Shown: in pieces, positions 19,601-23,901 of the stretch | Layout of the letters: every line of letters starts with the position of its first letter | Position numbering within the stretch: the stretch's first letter is position 1 | DNA from: a virus | Lineage: Duplodnaviria > Caudoviricetes | Direction: 5' to 3' (one strand) | IMG/VR virus record: IMGVR_UViG_3300005404_000013 | Location: 1 to 33,396 of that record | DNA: 33,396 nt | Translations under genes and position numbers: made by a program | The notes under the pieces: model-generated | The model's input: the letters and a program-made list of their open reading frames with translations, nothing else | What the model was told of the DNA's origin: nothing | Database searches by the model: none

Positions 19601-20783
19601 ATCCTCAGACATTATCACATTCGCTGAACCACCTGAAGTTGGATCTGATTTCATCGGATACTACATTGGTAAATTACGTCAGTTAGATGATATCTCCTTC
19701 GAGTTTGACTCATTGAGATCTTCATTCAACCTTAAGCAGAGTGGTGGATTCTACTCACTAACACTAACCGAAGGTGTTCAGTCTAACGTGATTAAACCAG
19801 AGAATAATATCATGGTTTCACTGAATGGTGTTATTCAGGAACCAGGCGTAGGTTACGAACTGGTTGGTTCTAGAATCATCTTCGCTGAAGTTCCACGTGC
19901 GGGTACAACATTCGTTGGATTCTCATACATTGGTTCTGACGCAGACGTTATTGCTGCTACAGTCGTACCTCCAATTGAGGCAGGTGACCAACTCTTCATC
20001 GAAGGTGAAGATGAGATTGTTCCACGTGAGGTTGCTCTAATTGAGTCTTCTAACTCTCTTGTAACATTCGAATACACTGGCACAGTTAAAGGACGTAATG
20101 CAGAAGCATTAGCAAGTGTTCGCTCTGGTACCATTGATCAAGCAATCATTACCAACCCAGGTAACGGTTATACTCAACGTCCTTCAGTTAGTGTTATTTC
20201 ATCTACTGGATTTGATGGTCGTGTACGTGCATTAATGGGCGTTGCTAGAATCGATGTTGGATCTGCAGGTATTGGATATGCTCAACCAATCGTTGAGGTA
20301 CAAAATACCGTTGAAGATACATTTGTATCTCCAGATGGACCTCCAGTTAACGGTGGATTTGATGTCTACGCAGGTGAAGGAATCAATGCTCAAACTGGTG
20401 AACCAATTGTCGTTGAAGCTGGTTTGATTGCTATCACACGTAATCCTTCCAACGTAACAGTTAACCAAGGTCAGACTGCTAGCTTCACAGTTGTCGCACA
20501 CTTCAGTGCTGCAGATGGTGATCCTGCTGAGACAACAGTCGGACTCAACTATCAGTGGCAAGTCAAGCAGTACGGTGAAACTGCATGGTCTAATATCACT
20601 GGTGCTACAGCAGCAACATATAGCAGTAATTCAACCATACAGGCTGATGATGCAGATGAATTCCGTGTTGCAATCACTTACGCTGGTGCAACTCCTGTGT
20701 ACTCCAACTCCGCAGTTCTATCTGTACAAACTGGTAACACAGTAGTCTCGAACTTCACTCCTGACCAAATCTTTCAACAATAA
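3..20783 (+). CDS. gp7: Giant baseplate wedge initiator (T4 gp7-like) multidomain virion protein; 5'-truncated by the window (>6,926 aa)
   Basis: Frame 3 is open from nt 3 (TETLSIADSAIGNSGAPAVTFDV...) to TAA at 20781-20783, so the TTG at 144 is not the true start. Contains the motif QDSFFYQNFSYVIKSQIPINEWKQQILDNNHPAGFNMFG (5550-5667), comparable to the T4 gp7 'IKS..P..W......HPxGF' motif, and lies upstream of gp8 in T4 wedge gene order. Confidence 0.85.
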   Translation, partial: TETLSIADSAIGNSGAPAVTFDVSGLGGFQYNNVATTNSGNGNNALKLNVTIDGAGAATAVTVGNNGGLAYAINNTITIADSVLGNNGAPALTCDVATIVAPQTYSGVAATSTTGSGSGATFDVTIDANGAVTLAVATAAGLGYAEDDQLQIQDSNLGNSGAANIDFQVNTLKAPPLYSNVPTSTNGSGTGCTFQVTINTDGSVANLNVTAPGNGYQAGDTLTIADANVGNNGAAAITCNIATVSGGALYNGVAPLGTTGNGTGGTFNITVDSGGAIASLVVATPGRGYAAGEVITIADSTIGNRGAANFTFEITATQGITYSGISAWSTNGSGINAVFDVVIDNLGAFTSMTATNRGQNFALSDQVTITDATLGNQGAGGLVMAVASIQGHQYNGVAPTSNGNGENATFNITIDGTGAASAVVVANAGQEHQVGNVFTVTDAQIGNFGGTNLTFDVASLAAIQYTNITAAGGSGVNASINVNVAANGATTIEMNKTGRNYKSSEVLTVTDSQIGSYGYSNITFNIASVINVFDQTKQNNGTASLYNATNAIIDSTIKKFGTDSIKFQAENHYSVTDINLNGKEWTLQAWFRIESTIHTAANSYPTFFFTEPNDASNPSNELRLFIDGDQTSGDYGKVKIAAAGVEVMETASATIWTNFAADAWVHIAFVKDEPTLGNFTYTVFSNGTQIGQWSTTTDIPVDNVYVGGLLTPTATTSLLGNVDDFVIDATAQYTGSSFTSPTAEIPVRTNDNSIALVKLDREHLKRGTHTLSGLSDHTSAVIVEDSNWTYNSTTGPVVTNWAIGPGGLQILDYSDINSQLTPGTYTFDNDSFIYGSKTSTVPTPGGKKLIISPVVTPKYYIKDASYTKIDSVQQMVFNQDVKFTKGTILQQYNDSDVVGAFGTIVETPVGEIATPGLGTTYKIGKIYPAGATFNNTDKFKTTTAADTESNVISDIVFTAERVEAEWKAATAYTAGDVVYANGKFYAATTNATSGATRPSHSTGNQSDGGVSWDYTSNATDALELDLANTAYPVPRQPKWKELVIHEVGDEVYNGRQLYRCTVSGRTSRVAPTHTTGTATDGTVTWEWRQTFDPLSSYARFKTYDAAEPYYQIQVNEIYHDSNSIVNDSLSIGGTITVNPKVGEPTVLQINNINSIKKVTIQAILDKTILLSTGGQTRTEDVYCVANSRHNFSAGNILFTEGFSTSEFNGSFFVKEVFSSRDFTFTTRAIPSAEPAFENASIARVDIYTKHPTLMLIRNHNYIFDMSDSSNAGYFLSFSQDNEFKLEYSFNNIERSGTPGVFDGTNAPFVKFKIDGQVTNISYYFDPSRIGSNSPVGAQSFIDVKKTPFDGTYTVTKIIDDTNFQFPLAFEPEFTQANVGNDDQGVAYSKYSTTSLKAIGPINAIKLISAGGFYKKLPIISDIASFRQIERVNITAGGSEYAVGTYDQVPIIGDGEGGLCRIEVTVDETIGSGTISSVTVTDPGKGYKTASIDVDGITGILGPQLTGSGAELAVIIPDEGTGASVFLTGKNIGKIKKLKNNEFGYGYSHDYTLKPEITFPINLQLFNTSILSQIKITNPGAGYTSPPAVIVTGGGGFGAEAIAVVKNNRLSEIQIKNPGAGYSSEPVVTLKSEFNYVVNTDLGYLQFNFPHGITQGAAITFRADDVGNTVGVLPQPGSAGLTALIENQIYYAISGEANSLETDQLRFALTPADAESGNYITFVDGSAGTGSGRQVLLTEVFGGEAEAVVETSVFLEGERVYMGDSEDQATIFATVSTNDGWQIGPKILKLIDATGTFEAGYRVNGTVSRASGVIDNVSLAKGVLNIGSLTETPGKFIDDVGKPSEIVQKVQDSFFYQNFSYVIKSQIPINEWKQQILDNNHPAGFNMFGQLQLTGGKDVSGRKVGTEFIKQVNINEYSNVNEVTSFAAAQPIYSDFNNTEVLFRKKRLTNSEEILTSIVKKLDDISGDFDGIKKGFPLTVENQQVIVKNDQLLITLNGVIQAPIDSYDIVGGQIVFKEAPKAPSKIVYKNVSVEFLNITRLNLSDVGGIYPEIGYTVQGDNSDTYALVVATGTNTVDVVDLQNTGGSAIFELNEVVRVSALGWSGRLDSVTLLSAENIYEFDETVIGTNRSKNNPTAQITEINLNEDGTAGNDIVLSKTSGTAKYETGVYDFDLQDIIYSNRSNVAARITSQAPYPVGTDENRGIQELTSGSTFYGLLFERLVSQSYPNILLDNIAKSTVTPTELLDNEARINGDFLDFEAIRSSEVTYTDLSNGVFSVGDTLRNIKVRYNNPILGSTYGIAANRHADGSRSITRCRDEIVDFGDAQISVDHPDFYYPGQSQTDGRSRFRDAYRMIIKNKDYIVAQAYVDMVAQYPSTSIPSSTKCKRDMAYYIDAVAYDMYSGGNKYARKFITEYFSGASLQYINAQVTETVWGYSKCSEYMNQVVTNQLSGTITVDGTPYTIYQDTTLTEGRANYTDTSGSTISNTNNGACADVRAALDTLKNTISETLLQNQNFDDIEATEPSYNASETTCRRDLGLFVDALAQDVKSGGNLSSVKFVRSYYNTDGTIISGLHASQAGTSITHARDLSKKAINNLLYVKDLSSTGYNLNDPTTYSGGVAPAQYYDVNYASGNNQTATNCANVQSTIDTLTGIVTTAFTAGNQNNINALASIDDGSFRDGETVRVVKIAYKDKSAGLFSTGNVIKGVSSGASTTLEGVNSGLGWIFSDSSGVTGTFTDREYITNSTLVNTGGVTQSVIVTKSELANSKKSLKFASGAYLKAVDTYDFDFDTGDFTLEAWINPTSVSGTQMLFDLRRTAGSGLRVNMFDKAIRVYNGSTSIILSGDVFNTANTWYHVAVIRNGGVMQAYVNGTQAGSNAANSDDFGYGPCYIGSDLAGSNDFTGNMDNVIVRKGIATFTAAFTPPVAPDFTDDKIVLGLTGETPFICSTTETYAKFTGQTISSATAKKIDYDSKRVIIEDVDLGRDEHRRCAQQVQQNDKWISETAVAMMKAKFPDFVIRGDDPATNNYLGTYYCLRDTEEYIIDAIIKDLKYGGNYYTTVAAKGYLTATGGLDFVNKELLQTLYTWQKVGEIINFVITTTSTDLENYESVKYTERLRVPNNFSSPASSNVQNEVTALVDGILDILGPTGARYRDAGDAMWQNRDFIAEEVAAYIQNKWQVEIDGTTYDKLEMPGYGQPYCERDIKDFVIPGIIADLITGGNAGTNEVIDRYLDEDQDILHVDEELLPMLDAIEFTKFLSIKAANQLLVQFGNSPDANQGQTNIDDYYTAVYTQIIPKTVHNTDADWDTVTFPPDPQGYDPGRSDGDRFLDAADMIERNKDQIAWEAVHTMNDTARFQDHTYPEGQSQQDCVDDVNDYLDAVIHDLRLGGNSKVWDASNYYIEPENNGIKHIAGEEDASIYTYKLARDMAILTMRNAFGRDNFYAQGVNDVNTLVGAIDPGVDSYDQNPVISRQIDAANIIERNIRFISEEAVYRANIQYPQLHITNGDKSCVDDICDFLRSMTFNMKYGGNSRVWDAADFYRKASTYHLTNQMPIYAFNEARDMAIQAMRNIPIIARGQNIHGKVQTFFEQLDFFPYNSKERDNPKMEASQLVGGINVNKSADTYQLILNNSRFVAEEAVYRYTRDNDLTPVTEFTPSDATYDAATGDLVLSLPSHNLTTNDSISIDANSLIFTCDQDDHASEHSYPRETDPSYNERLAITAVGTNAHTPTDADYNAETGALTLDIAAHGLRQSEAYTVSDADYNPKTGILKLAVANHNFRNGDRIKFSHDALIFQCDNDNYNTNHTYPRKGVDPSSDKWLPVSAVTDGTFEVQIGKTAAAGQHKFVANSQLNVTDADYNPTTGIMTLTSAAHGINNGEFIKITDGSLDFTCTQGGGTYSYPRAQVSQHTADTGTTYNPTTGILSITTSSAHNMANGEWIKFADNALTFTCGRDNNATNHTYPRSSDPASGKFLRISNVTASTFEVKVLEITPSTNTSVHAFVTGANNGITHADPAAAGYVRAFNVAADTFDVQVLANAPSTNTTVHTYTGGTASNAITRATFEKANDSVLIEDGALTFTCDADNHQSQHPYPRYTDYASDEWLPITEAWNDSFKVDVHVAPVIEYTPTAASFTPTTGLLELTIGSHDLSIDSKVMIKTGGLTFRCDQDGQSSDHAYPRNTIDTHTAGAGTTYDPVTGLMTINTGTTHGIKVGDWVKFDDGAVTFRCDEDSQSSDHAYPRSTDPVSGKWLQVSAVAAQTFTVKVLTTTPSTNVTTHVFQSGTANGIKQKRDRSFEQHVPVTAITGTTITLDVGVSSNNTTHVWQSALAGAIQFNPLYQHTFVSAVTGGVKSQDGTVTVNVGTTAAVNYTPTAATYDPETGDMWLNVGLHNLTEGTTIKLADDSLTFTCSMDNNGTNHTYPRASDPVRDTNIPIKEVGTISKTVTGALYDPNSGNLVLTVPAHGFSNGNRVRIADGSLVFTCAADQHATWHRYPRPTDPFSDEWLVISGVSTDSFQVNIGVSPNQSAHTFISASNNGLEKQDGSIIINVGSTPNINYDVSNATYDHQTGVMVLTIGSHGLKTGDKLKLGAETLKFTCAMDGNSAQKTYPRRLAGDGGTDPFFNTSINVDAVGSTQHTATDATYVPTTGVMTLEISGHNFNASTTHTVTGAQYNAKTGVMKMTLNGHGFTPGDQIKFSPNALTFQCTMDSGASNHTYPRSSDPVANKWLTITSVTTNTFEVIVGKSPIVQWDVSNAEYDQATGHMILTTPGPHGLRGHSDHTVTSATYTASSGLIVLTIPNHGFSNGDKIRIADHSLTFTCNQDSHQSEHTYPRSTDPSSGKFITISNVTTNTFECNILQGTSPTNTTAHTFITAAKNGVRRAGETVKLEANSLTFRCAQDDYATDHAYPRSSDPAYNVPLHIVHSTEKTITVDVGVAASSNQFAHNFVNAATGQTTHTITDASYTASSGVMTLTVPKHGFALGEQIKIDNNGITFKCEMDDYATDHAYPRATDPASDKWLTISNITENTFDVNVGNTPLSTYTPTGASYNPTTGNLQIVIGSHTLAEGDSIKLAENAITFRCDEDGQASDHAYPRSLTDSHTAVAGGTSYNPTTGVLTLQTAGPHGLATGDWIQIAQNSLTFRCDEDGQATDHTYPRSSDPVNGRWLKITYVNASKFSVVVLDDIPSTNTTTHVCTATSASGITSKRDPSYDNALPIIAADSTSITINVLNTAPSTNTTTHVFQSALTNSVVAGGNYAHMFVSSVGGALKKQTKALITGGNYAHTFVSATSGGIEKANDYVQIVNDSLVFRCGKDDFGSLHAYPRATDPFSGRWLPIFNVQTNEFDVNVGISQNESQHNFASAVANGILRQSGTVTINVGYDSLPANQHAHVWVGMENKLTAAAGTTYDPTTGVMKIKTASAHKLENDEWVKFDDDAVTFTCTQGGGNHSYPRATDPMSGRWLKVQNVTTDTFEVVVLDVIPSTNVTVHTFVTGANNGITKACVITGGIHKHTFVSATSGAIQTGGAYTHKFVRAHDNAINKLYTIPGGNQNCCDDVERILRGVAYHIAYGGNNEIYDMAMEYVTQTHLNNYFEEKWSLGIMTLTKEIITQIIRNIQTPVYGNHGLLQYRDTTITTDVTQPACPTEVAAATTLIDIVMDAITTNAVSGTRTLPTGSGNGPCANVAATITTMFGIITDTISSNASLDGVGRQIPSIWPCHYHGDVAERDLTVTYQTAAATWNQTCATTASAISTLFDVVVNTIESAKTNTNHLSGLTRTVPPYANTLYQHYTCYNVVSAMTTQFDLIIDTLGAGTYSNRNVAHYLRFNDKAITDRALAATQANYPVGDNPDLAFFKNVLEAGLYDLTTNGNASAFELAGTWFDGEGQFIAYPTVDRIRLLYGLNKVREYCKEVVQDPTNAGWNTYAVYRYPEVNGYRRHVEWDQETTEFNFDSSLNCLEFAIERATFPTDNLVTFNAATDVINYSNQYDEGVDYNTDPALVNLTPTIEVGYERVENRARINRTNFFRRGDVVKYVLASAQSLSGANDQDYYYVLNAQPQWFEIARMPNHDARYRAFALDTTNAGNQQFFTVRRSGIDRVANTYGVRDIDQPITAGFNIADVLVGTTTGASAEISSSFINSANVIKTFKYYGLNTMSATAFTNGEQVQVQGATANNGYVMQRVLRDENNLGWIKLELVQGTISAGQTIEGVDSGATAVVTSVIEDRLLINEKVGEFLQGDWLFKDTTATEAYASAYDNKSGVLTDNSGGRVTIDVETITGAFTSGDIIYGSKTEKILDFVGITDGGSPITINTYVHGEKVRKLTLSQVITDSEYSGTFVAGDRVYLLQGTTPTNPGWWGYVTKYDYRPDDNVNDLYIAGLQNYWTGDASEPTTEPDGSLAATAGYNIGKFDNLQNFPLIYATASNYTETGYSSYGKIIAIEQSGITARCWLEDVQGDFVDNMTVKSDNGWIAGVTSAKSLIGRVDRYFRGFDGTQTQFNLTISNGQQYLPDPAGHMLIFVNGILQPPGATGAYTASSDIITFAEPPEVGSDFIGYYIGKLRQLDDISFEFDSLRSSFNLKQSGGFYSLTLTEGVQSNVIKPENNIMVSLNGVIQEPGVGYELVGSRIIFAEVPRAGTTFVGFSYIGSDADVIAATVVPPIEAGDQLFIEGEDEIVPREVALIESSNSLVTFEYTGTVKGRNAEALASVRSGTIDQAIITNPGNGYTQRPSVSVISSTGFDGRVRALMGVARIDVGSAGIGYAQPIVEVQNTVEDTFVSPDGPPVNGGFDVYAGEGINAQTGEPIVVEAGLIAITRNPSNVTVNQGQTASFTVVAHFSAADGDPAETTVGLNYQWQVKQYGETAWSNITGATAATYSSNSTIQADDADEFRVAITYAGATPVYSNSAVLSVQTGNTVVSNFTPDQIFQQ
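1670..2240 (+). other. LamG/ConA-like lectin beta-sandwich domain 1 in gp7
   Basis: KKFGTDSIKF...EWTLQAWF...WVHIAFVK...VFSNG...YVGG...GNVDDFVI...YTGSSFTSPT follows the Laminin_G_3 pattern seen in phage proteins. Confidence 0.8.
2890..3265 (+). repeat. Two CBM5/12 (ChtBD3)-like Trp/Tyr carbohydrate-binding modules in gp7
   Basis: AEWKAATAYTAGDVVYANGKFYAA...PSHSTG...DGGVSWDY and PKWKELVIHEVGDEVYNGRQLYRC...PTHTTG...DGTVTWEW. Confidence 0.65.
8305..8820 (+). other. LamG/ConA-like lectin domain 2 in gp7
   Basis: SLKFASGAYL...FDFDTGDFTLEAWINP...WYHVAVIRNGG...YVNG...YIGS...FTGNMDNV...FTPP. Confidence 0.85.
10959..16628 (+). repeat. 18 nested ~105-aa His/Cys beta-domain repeats (YxPxTG..HG..GD.IK..LTFxCxxD..HxYPRxxDP..W..I..F.V.V..HxF)
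   Basis: I counted 18 N-terminal 'Y/F-x-x-x-T/S-G' openers, 18 'YPR' cores and 18 C-terminal 'H-x-F/W/Y/C' closers over 1,890 codons. Confidence 0.92.
19440..19935 (+). repeat. Two 'FDG/S..F.L...LNG(I/V)xQxP...Y.....I.FxExP' modules, with a third copy at ~5890-6080
   Basis: FDGTQTQFNLT..VNGILQPP..ITFAEPP; FDSLRSSFNLK..LNGVIQEPG..IIFAEVP; FDGIKKGFPLT..LNGVIQAP..IVFKEAP. Confidence 0.8.
20420..20735 (+). other. C-terminal Ig-like (I-set-like) domain of gp7
   Basis: ITRNPSNVTVNQGQTASFTVVA...LNYQWQ...WSNITGATAATY...DDADEFRVAIT...SNSAVLSV. Confidence 0.8.
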
Positions 20784-20786
20784 ATA
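20779..20786 (+). promoter_or_regulatory. T4-type late promoter (AATAAATA) overlapping the gp7 stop codon
   Basis: NATAAATA ends 10 nt upstream of the ATG at 20797 and resembles the gp55-dependent TATAAATA consensus. Confidence 0.65.
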
Positions 20787-20796
20787 ATCAGAAAAA

Positions 20797-22377
20797 ATGA
20801 GTGCTACCGCCACTTACAATCCAGGTACAAATATCTTGGACGTTGCATCTAACGGGTTACCTAGTCCTGTTACATATGGATCGTTTCCAAACCTGAACAA
20901 CCCCAATACGGTTACTGAACAAGATTTCGATCATGACTTCACATACCGTGGGGGTACCTTTGGTATTGAAAGAACATTTGATAGTAATGCATTTACTCAG
21001 GAAGGGTATGCTATAAACATTACTTTATCTTCTGCAGATAATACATTACTAGGTGATGAAACTACAGGAGAGATAAGACCTGGAGATAATTTATTATTCA
21101 AATTTAGTGATGGTAGACATCAGAAGTTTGTATATAATGGAACTACTTTTACTTCATCAAATGGTTATTGTTGGAGATCTACTGATACTAATTTACAGTT
21201 AGTTACAAATACATCACAGTATGTAAGCGGTACTTACACATACTATGATCAAAGAAATGGTAGAACAGAAACACCTTTGGGTGCAGTTGGTATAACAGCA
21301 AATGGTGTTGTTGTTTTTAATCCTTCTGCAGGTCTAGGTGGAAACCCACCCGCAGGTTTTAATTGGAATGCTCACTATGAATATTCACCTGTAGATTTTG
21401 GTGATGATTCATGTGGTGGTCATCCAGAACAGACTGGGCAATATCATTACCATGATACTCATTTCATTACTTGTTGGAATAATAATTCCATCATGTCAAC
21501 ATATAATGATTATTATGGATTAAGTCAGTACAACGGTGATACATTACGTCACCCAGACGGACATTCAAAAATTCTTGGTTATTCATTTGATGGATTTCCT
21601 GTATATGGTCCTTATGGATATACGGAACCATTTGGTGTATTGACTTCTATTAAAACTATGAGGTCTTCTTATCAATTGAAGGCAACGGAAGTAGCAGGAA
21701 GACCTGCTTATGGAAACTCATTAGCAAACCCTGCTGCTGGTTCGTTTATACAGGACTGGGAATATAATGAAGGTCTTGGTGATTTAGATTATCATAATGG
21801 ACGTTTCTGTTTTACACCAGAATATCCTGCTGGTACATATGCATACTTCCTTAGTGTAACTGAACAGGGTGATCCTGGTTACCCTTATATGATTGGTGTT
21901 ACTACTAGAGAAGTAATAGATCAACCAGCAAACAATGGTGCTCAAGCACCAGCCGCACCTCCTTCTGGTGGTGATGGTGAGGCACCACCAGCAACCCTTA
22001 ATATTGCTTCACAGCCTCAGAATTCTACTGTCAATTCTGGTCAAACTGCTACGTTTACCCTCTCAGTTAATATTGTTCCTGAAGATGGACCTAAGACATA
22101 TCAGTGGTACAGATCTACAGATGGTGGATTTGCATATTCAACGTTGAATGGTGCAACTTCATCTACTTACCAGTTTACAGCATTGTCTTATATGACTGGG
22201 TATAAGTTTAAGTGTGTTGTTGCTGGTCCAACTGGTGCTACACCAGCTCAAAACTCCCCACTTGAATCTGATGTTGCTACTCTTACCGTTACTGGTACTG
22301 GTGGTTCAACCAATAATACATTCGATAATACTAATTTGACTCTTGATGCTACAACATCTCGATTCGACCAAACCTAA
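20797..22377 (+). CDS. YHYH-domain virion protein with a C-terminal Ig-like domain
   Basis: PLGAVGITANGVVVFNP, DSCGGHPEQTGQYHYH, HSKILGYSFDGFPVYGPYGY and GDLDYHNGRF...YAYF are YHYH family motifs. A Pro/Ala linker precedes the Ig domain (IASQPQNSTVNSGQTATF...TYQWY...GATSSTY...YKFKCVV). Confidence 0.88.
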   Translation: MSATATYNPGTNILDVASNGLPSPVTYGSFPNLNNPNTVTEQDFDHDFTYRGGTFGIERTFDSNAFTQEGYAINITLSSADNTLLGDETTGEIRPGDNLLFKFSDGRHQKFVYNGTTFTSSNGYCWRSTDTNLQLVTNTSQYVSGTYTYYDQRNGRTETPLGAVGITANGVVVFNPSAGLGGNPPAGFNWNAHYEYSPVDFGDDSCGGHPEQTGQYHYHDTHFITCWNNNSIMSTYNDYYGLSQYNGDTLRHPDGHSKILGYSFDGFPVYGPYGYTEPFGVLTSIKTMRSSYQLKATEVAGRPAYGNSLANPAAGSFIQDWEYNEGLGDLDYHNGRFCFTPEYPAGTYAYFLSVTEQGDPGYPYMIGVTTREVIDQPANNGAQAPAAPPSGGDGEAPPATLNIASQPQNSTVNSGQTATFTLSVNIVPEDGPKTYQWYRSTDGGFAYSTLNGATSSTYQFTALSYMTGYKFKCVVAGPTGATPAQNSPLESDVATLTVTGTGGSTNNTFDNTNLTLDATTSRFDQT

Positions 22378-22380
22378 ATA
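22373..22380 (+). promoter_or_regulatory. T4-type late promoter (CCTAAATA) overlapping the YHYH stop codon
   Basis: TAAATA core ends 23 nt upstream of the ATG at 22404; an SD-like AAGGA lies at 22389-22393. Confidence 0.6.
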
Positions 22381-22403
22381 ACATTGTAAAGGACTAGAAA
22401 AAA

Positions 22404-23900
22404 ATGGCAAAGCAGTCTATTGGTATTGGTTCTTCTGCTAACGACGGTACAGGTGATACCCTTCGTGATGGTGCAGTGAAACTCAATTCCAACTTCACAG
22501 AGATATATCAAGCCCTTGGAGAGGGTTCTAATCTCCAAATTGATATTGGTGCTGGTATAACTGATAACCAAGTTTTAAAGTGGAATGCATCTAATACACA
22601 ATTTGAAGGTGCAAACTATGATACATTAACATCTGATTTGGATGTTGGTGGAAATTATATTGTTTCTAGTTCTGCTGGCGATGTAGTTATAAAACCAAAT
22701 GGTACTGGTGATATTAAATTTTGGGCAGGTGGTAGTGGTCAAGCATATGCTGTATGTGATGGTGCTGATGGGTATTTCAAATGGAATGCTCCATATACTG
22801 ATGTAGCAAGTCTTCCAAGTGCATCAACATATCATGGTATGTTTGCTCATGCACATGACACAGGTAAAGCATACTTCTCTCATAGTGCTGCTTGGATTCC
22901 TCTCATCTCAGAGAACAGTAGTGTATCACTATTGAGTGATGTTGATACAACTGTTAATGGCGGTCCTTCAGATGGACAAGTTCTTAAGTGGGTTGCTGCA
23001 ACATCAAAATGGTCACCTGCTAATGATGAGACAACTTCTGGAGGTGGTGGAGGATCAACTCAAAACCTCTTTGAAACAATTAATGCTGATACTGGTACAA
23101 CCACTGCAAGTGCTGCAACAGATACATTAATCTTTGCTGGTGGAACCAATATTGCTACATCTATCACAGGTGATACTGTCACAATAGCAATGACAGGGAC
23201 ACTTGGTGATCCAGATCAAAACCTTTTCTCAACGATTGGTTCAGATGCGGGTAATAAAACTGCAGCAAGTGCAACTTCTACTATTAACATTCTTGGTGGT
23301 ACTGGAATTAGTACTGCTGTATCGGGTGACAACCTTACTGTAACAAACGATTCACCAAATGTTGTACAAAACGCCCTCCAAACGGCAACTGCGGATACGG
23401 GTTCTTATACTGCTGCTGCTAGTGATTCTACTCTTACTATTTCTGGTGGGTCCAACATATCTACTACTATTACTGGCTCCACTCTTACTATAAACAGCAC
23501 TGCTACAGCATTGCCAATAGTAACAGAGGGTCAAAGTATTGTTGCTACAGGATCCAATACTATGAATGCTTATGCATCTCCAGTATTGTCCTATACAACT
23601 TCTAATAATGGTGCTGGTGCATATAGATTGACAGGTCCAGGAGTTAATAGTAGTACAGACAATCCAACACTATTCCTATACAGAGGATTCACATACAGAT
23701 TCAATAACACCACAGTAGGTGCGAATCACCCATTCGAATTACGTGTGGGTTCAGGTGGTGCTGCTCTTACTGATGGTGTCTCTGGTTCAACAACTGGAGT
23801 AATAGTATACACGGTTCCCATGACCGTTGCTGCTGGTACAACTTATGTTTATCAGTGCACAATACATGGTGCAATGGTAGGAAATCTCACTATAGTCTAA
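22404..23900 (+). CDS. Fibre-like baseplate-associated protein: T4 gp9/gp10-type N-terminus, three shaft repeats, C-terminal cupredoxin-like domain
   Basis: N-terminus MAKQSIGIGSSANDGTGDTLRDGAVKLNSNFTEIY resembles the T4 gp10 start (MKQNINIG..DDGTGDYLR..KINENFDELY). Two 'DxQVLKW' fibre motifs. C-terminus HPF...YQCTIHGAMVG. Confidence 0.8.
   Translation: MAKQSIGIGSSANDGTGDTLRDGAVKLNSNFTEIYQALGEGSNLQIDIGAGITDNQVLKWNASNTQFEGANYDTLTSDLDVGGNYIVSSSAGDVVIKPNGTGDIKFWAGGSGQAYAVCDGADGYFKWNAPYTDVASLPSASTYHGMFAHAHDTGKAYFSHSAAWIPLISENSSVSLLSDVDTTVNGGPSDGQVLKWVAATSKWSPANDETTSGGGGGSTQNLFETINADTGTTTASAATDTLIFAGGTNIATSITGDTVTIAMTGTLGDPDQNLFSTIGSDAGNKTAASATSTINILGGTGISTAVSGDNLTVTNDSPNVVQNALQTATADTGSYTAAASDSTLTISGGSNISTTITGSTLTINSTATALPIVTEGQSIVATGSNTMNAYASPVLSYTTSNNGAGAYRLTGPGVNSSTDNPTLFLYRGFTYRFNNTTVGANHPFELRVGSGGAALTDGVSGSTTGVIVYTVPMTVAAGTTYVYQCTIHGAMVGNLTIV
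23061..23510 (+). repeat. Three ~50-aa tandem shaft repeats
   Basis: QNLFETINADTGTTTASAATDTLIFAGGTNIATSITGDTVTI / QNLFSTIGSDAGNKTAASATSTINILGGTGISTAVSGDNLTV / QNALQTATADTGSYTAAASDSTLTISGGSNISTTITGSTLTI. Confidence 0.9.
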
Positions 23901-23901
23901 T

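Noticed and set aside
3-20783. Bacterial giant adhesin (RTX/Bap/autotransporter)
   Set aside because: No RTX nonapeptides or secretion signals; the gp7 motif, neighbouring gp8 and VrlC, and T4 late promoters indicate a myophage.
23580-23900. Auxiliary metabolic plastocyanin gene (petE)
   Set aside because: The domain is fused to a fibre, has no signal peptide and has a shorter C-x2-H-x2-M loop; it is reported only as a cupredoxin-like domain.
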